The notes under the pieces are model-generated. The model did not search any database and was not told the origin of the DNA. It saw only the letters and a program-made list of their open reading frames with translations. Made by a program: the position numbers and the translations under genes. From positions 34,072-98,071 of the forward strand of contig CAISBR010000152.1 in the NCBI GenBank assembly GCA_903883645.1: a DNA stretch of 64,000 bases, read 5' to 3'. Positions 60,239 through 64,000 of this stretch are shown in pieces (position 1 is the stretch's first letter; each line of letters begins with the position of its first letter). This DNA is from an uncultured Myxococcales bacterium (GTDB lineage: Bacteria > Myxococcota_A > UBA9042).

Positions 60239-63200
60239 TGGCGGCGCCGGTGCGACGACAAGAGTTCCGCCTTGGTCTGAGCCTTGGGCTCGGTCTGGTG
60301 GCGATCGTGGCGGCGGTGTTGACCGCTGGCCTCGGTGCGAGCGAAGCGCAAGCCGCGCCGCAGCCCGTGCTAAAGATGCCCAAGTACCAGATCGTGGGCG
60401 ACGAGGTCACCGACCCGCCGCGCATGGCCCAGGAGCGCAAGCAGTTTGAGACGGCGTACGAGACCTTTAAGAAGGCCGCATCCGAGTACCAGACTGAGGT
60501 CAAGGAGTACATCTCGGGCCAGGTAACCGGCAAGCAGCGCACGCTGGCGGCTGGCTATCAAGCGCAGATCGACAAGCTCGACCAAGAGCAGTTTGACCTG
60601 CGCCGCGAGGCGATTGCCCGGCTCGAGAGCTTCATCTATCGCCACCGCGATCACGATGTGTACACGCCCGACGCGCTGTTTCGCCTAGCCGAGCTGTATT
60701 ACGAAGACACCATCGCCGCCTACAACCGCGCCAGCGACAATTTCTCGCGCGAGATGGACCTGTATAACCGCGGAAAATTGCTCGATATGCCGACCGACGC
60801 CAAGCGCGATTTCTCGCGGTCGATCGCCATCTACAAATACCTGCACTGGGCGCCCGAGGGCACGCCCATGGAGCCGCTGTCGGGTAAACTGGCCGGCATC
60901 ATTCTTGAAAAGCGTTGGTTCAACCACAAGCAGAGCGATGTGGCGATGTACTTGCAGGGCTTCTGCGAGTTCGAGATGCGCGAGGCCGATCCCAAATTCG
61001 AGAAGAAAGCGGTCGACACCCTGGGCGCCATGGAAGACCACTACCCCAAAAGCAAGTACGTGCCCGAGGCATGGCTGCGTGTGGGCGAAATCCACTTTGA
61101 CAACAACGAGTACGAAGAGGCTGCCAAGGCCTACGGTCGCGCCGCCGCCAAGGCCAAAGAGCTAGGCGACAACAAGAACTACTCGCTGGCGCTGTACAAG
61201 CTGGGCTGGTCGATGTTCCAGCTGTACAAGTACGCCGATGCAGTGCGCTACTTCCAGCAACTCATCGAATTTGAAGACGAAGTCGCCGCGGCCAATGCTG
61301 CAGAAAAAGACGAGTCGAAAAAGAAGAAAGCTGGTTTTGATCTGCGCAAAGAAGCGATTGAATACCTTGCCAAATCGCTGGCTGAGCCGAGCTGGGACGA
61401 CGACACCTGCGACGACTTTGGCTCGGAAACGACCAAGGGTGAGTGCGCCATCGTCGACCCGCGCGCACGGCCGATTCTGTACACCGCCTGCGTGCTCGAA
61501 CCCGAAAGCACGCCCGAAATGGCCAAGTGGGCCGCGCCCTTCCGCGACAAGAAAGAGGTCTCGGACGGCTTGAAGCGCAATTTTGAGTCGCGCGAGTCGG
61601 TGCGCAAGTCGCTGATTACCGACAAGCCGTATGTGTACGACATCTTGAAGATGTACGGCGAGACCCTGTTTAACCAGCGCGAAGACGACTACTACTGGCA
61701 GGCCGTGCGCGTGATGCGCTATGTGATCGGCAAGTGGCCGCAGGCGCGCGACGCGCAGGACATGCAGCGCAAGGTTATTCAATCGCTGGATATTTTGGCC
61801 CGCGCCGGCGCCTCGTACGAGCTGCTGCTGGCCAAGGACCCCAAAGACGACGGTGCGCGCATCGGTCTGCAAATGGCCCGCCAGGCCGAGCTGTGGCAGA
61901 TCGACGAACGCAACGTGTATCTGCAGAAATTTGGTAAGAAAAGCGAGTGGTACGCCAAGTGGGGCACCGACAAGGACTTAGCCGCCCAGGTCGACGACTT
62001 TACCGGGCAGATCCGCTGGCAGTTTGCACTGCTAAACCACGCGGCGGCGCAAAGGCTCAAGCTCGAAGGCAAGTTTGACGAGGCGTTTAAGAAGTACGCT
62101 GAGGCGGGCGCTGCCTACGAAGAGCTGCTCAAGGCCGACCCCGACGCACCCAATGCCTACAAGATCGCCTGGACCCTGGCCGAGTGCTGGTACTGGGCGG
62201 GTGTGCAATGCACCGCGGCGCGCATGGATGGTGAGCTCATCGTGGTCGACGGCCAGTTGGCGCCGACGCTGCCCGATCAGCTGCCGACCGTGCGCCAAGC
62301 CTGCGTCAACATGCACAAATCGATCGACTACTACGGCATGGTCCGCGACTGGAAGGGCCCGCACAGCAAGGACGAGAAGGGCCAGGTCATGGAAAAGACC
62401 GAGGAAGCCGCTTGGTCGTCGATCGACGCCGCCGAGCGCGTGCTGTCGGCCAAGGCCTCGTTCCCCAAGGGTGATCCCGAGTACATGGAGGTGATGAGTC
62501 TGCCGTCGATCCGCCCGTCGGGCGATCAAGACAAGGCCGATATCGCCGCCGCCGATGCGTTGAACTTGAAAGAACCCAAGCGGGTGACGCGCTTGGTCAT
62601 CGACCCGGTGGCGGTCGAGTGGATTCTGGCCGCCGACGGCTATGTCGCGATGTCGGCCAAGTACCCGAGCGCCGAAGATCCGCGGCGGTCCGAGAAGCTG
62701 TCGCTGAAGGCCGCAGAGTTGCTGTATAAGAATCGGCACTTCGACCCGTGGCTCGATGGCGCAACGCCCAAGACCCCGCCCGACTTCTGGTCGGCACGGC
62801 TGCGTTTCCGCAAGATTTTGAACGACTTCCCCGGCACTGCTGCGGCAGCTGAGGCGGTCAAGAACATCTTGACGACCTTTGGTATCGAAAAGGACATGGC
62901 CGCACTCGAGAGCTTTACCGAAGAGCTTGAAAAGAAAGGCTGGCTGTCGAAGAAAGACACGGAGATCCTGCGCGGCCAAATCCGCGACTTTAAGCTCGAC
63001 CAGCTGGCGCAGCGGGCCATGGCGCAGTTTGGCGATGCGAAAAGCCAAGAAGCTGCGGCTATGGCACTGACTGACCCGGATCAGGCTGGCGAAGCGCTGA
63101 AAAAGGCGCGCAGCATCTACGAAGTGGCCGGCGATGAGTACCGCAAGCTGCGCGACGATACGGACGATGTGAAGACCAAGCGGCTCGCGCTGGTCAACGC

Positions 63201-64000
63201 GGTCAACGCCTATTACAAGGCCGAGAAGTGGGACAAGTGCATTGAAACACTTGGTATGGCCGAAGAAATTCTGCGCGCAGCCCTAAAGGACCCCAAGTGG
63301 GAGCAAAAGCCAGTCGAGGCCAAGACCGTCAAGGGCGCCAAGAAGGACCCCAAGGCGGCGGAGAAGGCGGCAGACGCGCAGTCGAAGGAAAAAGAAGAGA
63401 TCGTCAAGGGCCTTGAAGAAGTCTTGGAGATTCGCGCAGATCTCAATTACAAGTTCTTCAAGATCGAAGAAACGATCAAGGACTTTGTGCTGCTCTACCA
63501 AAACAAGCCCGACGGCCCGCGCGCCGACGAGTACCTGCAGTCGGCGGCGCAGATGGCCTTCTACAACTCGAACTGGGACAAGGCTGTTGAGCTAAACCGC
63601 GAGATGATCAGCCGCTTTGACAAGTCGGCCGACGCCAAGAAGCAGCTGACGGTCAAAGATGCGCTGTGGCAGATCCAGACCATCTGGCGCGCGCGGTACG
63701 AGCAAGACAGCAAGGCGAAGTCGCTCGACAAGGCGCGCACCGATACCGCCAAGCAAATCGAGTCGTTAGACGCCTTTATCGGCCGCTACCAGAGCGACAA
63801 GGCCACCTTGGGCAAGGTGTTCCGCGCCATGGGCATGGTCGCCGAGATCTATCGGCGCGACGGCGACAAGGGCAGCGCCAATCGCACGTTCAACCGCATC
63901 ATCGACCTGTACAACGCCAATAAAGACGACATCAAGCGCTGGAACGACGCCGTCAAGGGCGATGCCAGCGTCACGGCCGAACAGCGGACCGCGGCGACGG
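60238..64000 (+). CDS. Very large secreted TPR-repeat protein, 5' partial (open at the window end, more than 1250 aa)
   Basis: This ORF is not in the track because it has no stop. I translated it by hand and the frame is open from ATG 60238 (ATGATG overlap with the upstream stop) to 64000. Signal peptide (LSLGLGLVAIVAAVLTAGLGASEAQA|AP). BamD/YbgF-like TPR blocks (ALFRLAELYYED, EAWLRVGEIHFDNNEYEEAAKAY, SLALYKLGWSMFQLYKYADAVRYFQQL). Confidence 0.8.
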   Translation, partial: MAAPVRRQEFRLGLSLGLGLVAIVAAVLTAGLGASEAQAAPQPVLKMPKYQIVGDEVTDPPRMAQERKQFETAYETFKKAASEYQTEVKEYISGQVTGKQRTLAAGYQAQIDKLDQEQFDLRREAIARLESFIYRHRDHDVYTPDALFRLAELYYEDTIAAYNRASDNFSREMDLYNRGKLLDMPTDAKRDFSRSIAIYKYLHWAPEGTPMEPLSGKLAGIILEKRWFNHKQSDVAMYLQGFCEFEMREADPKFEKKAVDTLGAMEDHYPKSKYVPEAWLRVGEIHFDNNEYEEAAKAYGRAAAKAKELGDNKNYSLALYKLGWSMFQLYKYADAVRYFQQLIEFEDEVAAANAAEKDESKKKKAGFDLRKEAIEYLAKSLAEPSWDDDTCDDFGSETTKGECAIVDPRARPILYTACVLEPESTPEMAKWAAPFRDKKEVSDGLKRNFESRESVRKSLITDKPYVYDILKMYGETLFNQREDDYYWQAVRVMRYVIGKWPQARDAQDMQRKVIQSLDILARAGASYELLLAKDPKDDGARIGLQMARQAELWQIDERNVYLQKFGKKSEWYAKWGTDKDLAAQVDDFTGQIRWQFALLNHAAAQRLKLEGKFDEAFKKYAEAGAAYEELLKADPDAPNAYKIAWTLAECWYWAGVQCTAARMDGELIVVDGQLAPTLPDQLPTVRQACVNMHKSIDYYGMVRDWKGPHSKDEKGQVMEKTEEAAWSSIDAAERVLSAKASFPKGDPEYMEVMSLPSIRPSGDQDKADIAAADALNLKEPKRVTRLVIDPVAVEWILAADGYVAMSAKYPSAEDPRRSEKLSLKAAELLYKNRHFDPWLDGATPKTPPDFWSARLRFRKILNDFPGTAAAAEAVKNILTTFGIEKDMAALESFTEELEKKGWLSKKDTEILRGQIRDFKLDQLAQRAMAQFGDAKSQEAAAMALTDPDQAGEALKKARSIYEVAGDEYRKLRDDTDDVKTKRLALVNAVNAYYKAEKWDKCIETLGMAEEILRAALKDPKWEQKPVEAKTVKGAKKDPKAAEKAADAQSKEKEEIVKGLEEVLEIRADLNYKFFKIEETIKDFVLLYQNKPDGPRADEYLQSAAQMAFYNSNWDKAVELNREMISRFDKSADAKKQLTVKDALWQIQTIWRARYEQDSKAKSLDKARTDTAKQIESLDAFIGRYQSDKATLGKVFRAMGMVAEIYRRDGDKGSANRTFNRIIDLYNANKDDIKRWNDAVKGDASVTAEQRTAAT

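Noticed and set aside
59009-63048. 383-aa (59009-60160) and 338-aa (62032-63048) minus-strand ORFs in the TPR gene region
   Set aside because: They lie opposite long sense ORFs that have signal peptides and TPR periodicity. The translations are Arg/Leu/His-rich and artefact-like.

Overview
This is a GC-rich bacterial chromosomal window. Third codon positions are mostly G/C, so many long antisense or alternate-frame ORFs in the supplied track are shadow artefacts. The gene content suggests a Myxococcota/deltaproteobacterium-like organism: CdnL, a short OPX plus OM beta-barrel plus BY-kinase export trio, and a class II RNR. Layout: (i) 0.7-17 kb holds a compacted dcw division/cell-wall operon, mraZ-rsmH-ftsL-[TPR lipoprotein]-ftsI-murE::murF-mraY-ftsW-murG-ftsQ-ftsA-ftsZ, preceded by a promoter with a 10-bp-phased GTGG repeat array. 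murD, murC, murB and ddl are absent from the cluster. (ii) 17-22.5 kb holds a minus-strand operon (UPF0158-like, DUF192, unknown protein, large Cys-rich lipoprotein) and a divergent Cys-motif protein. (iii) 22.8-28.5 kb holds a near-consensus promoter, a leader with 6 x 24-nt tandem hairpin repeats, a small secreted Cys protein, an OM beta-barrel, a short OPX and a Wzc-type PCP/tyrosine kinase. (iv) 28.6-31.5 kb holds an AsmA-like::GT51 transglycosylase fusion. (v) 31.5-38.6 kb holds envelope and lipid genes (lipoprotein, GYF membrane protein, DUF507, plsB, DAGK-like kinase). (vi) 38.6-44 kb holds a TnaA/TPL-family lyase, a double-U32 protein overlapping a stand-alone chorismate mutase, and an asparaginase-II-family protein. 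(vii) 44-50 kb is a housekeeping run: parA-like, cdnL, recR, dnaX, SRP RNA, and four tRNA-Ser plus tRNA-Arg(ACG) around tadA. (viii) 50.3-56.4 kb holds a LuxC-like protein, nrdJ with a long repeat-containing leader, and obg. (ix) 57-64 kb holds three translationally coupled secreted TPR/coiled-coil proteins, the last open at the window end. I saw no mobile element, CRISPR array or recognisable defence system. The best candidates for follow-up are the U32-chorismate mutase module, the GGGA-hairpin repeat leader heading the export locus, the AsmA-like::GT51 fusion, the atypical dcw architecture, the duplicated SRP-RNA 5' region, the nrdJ leader repeats and the TPR trio. All homology calls come from motif recognition by eye and need HMM/BLAST confirmation.
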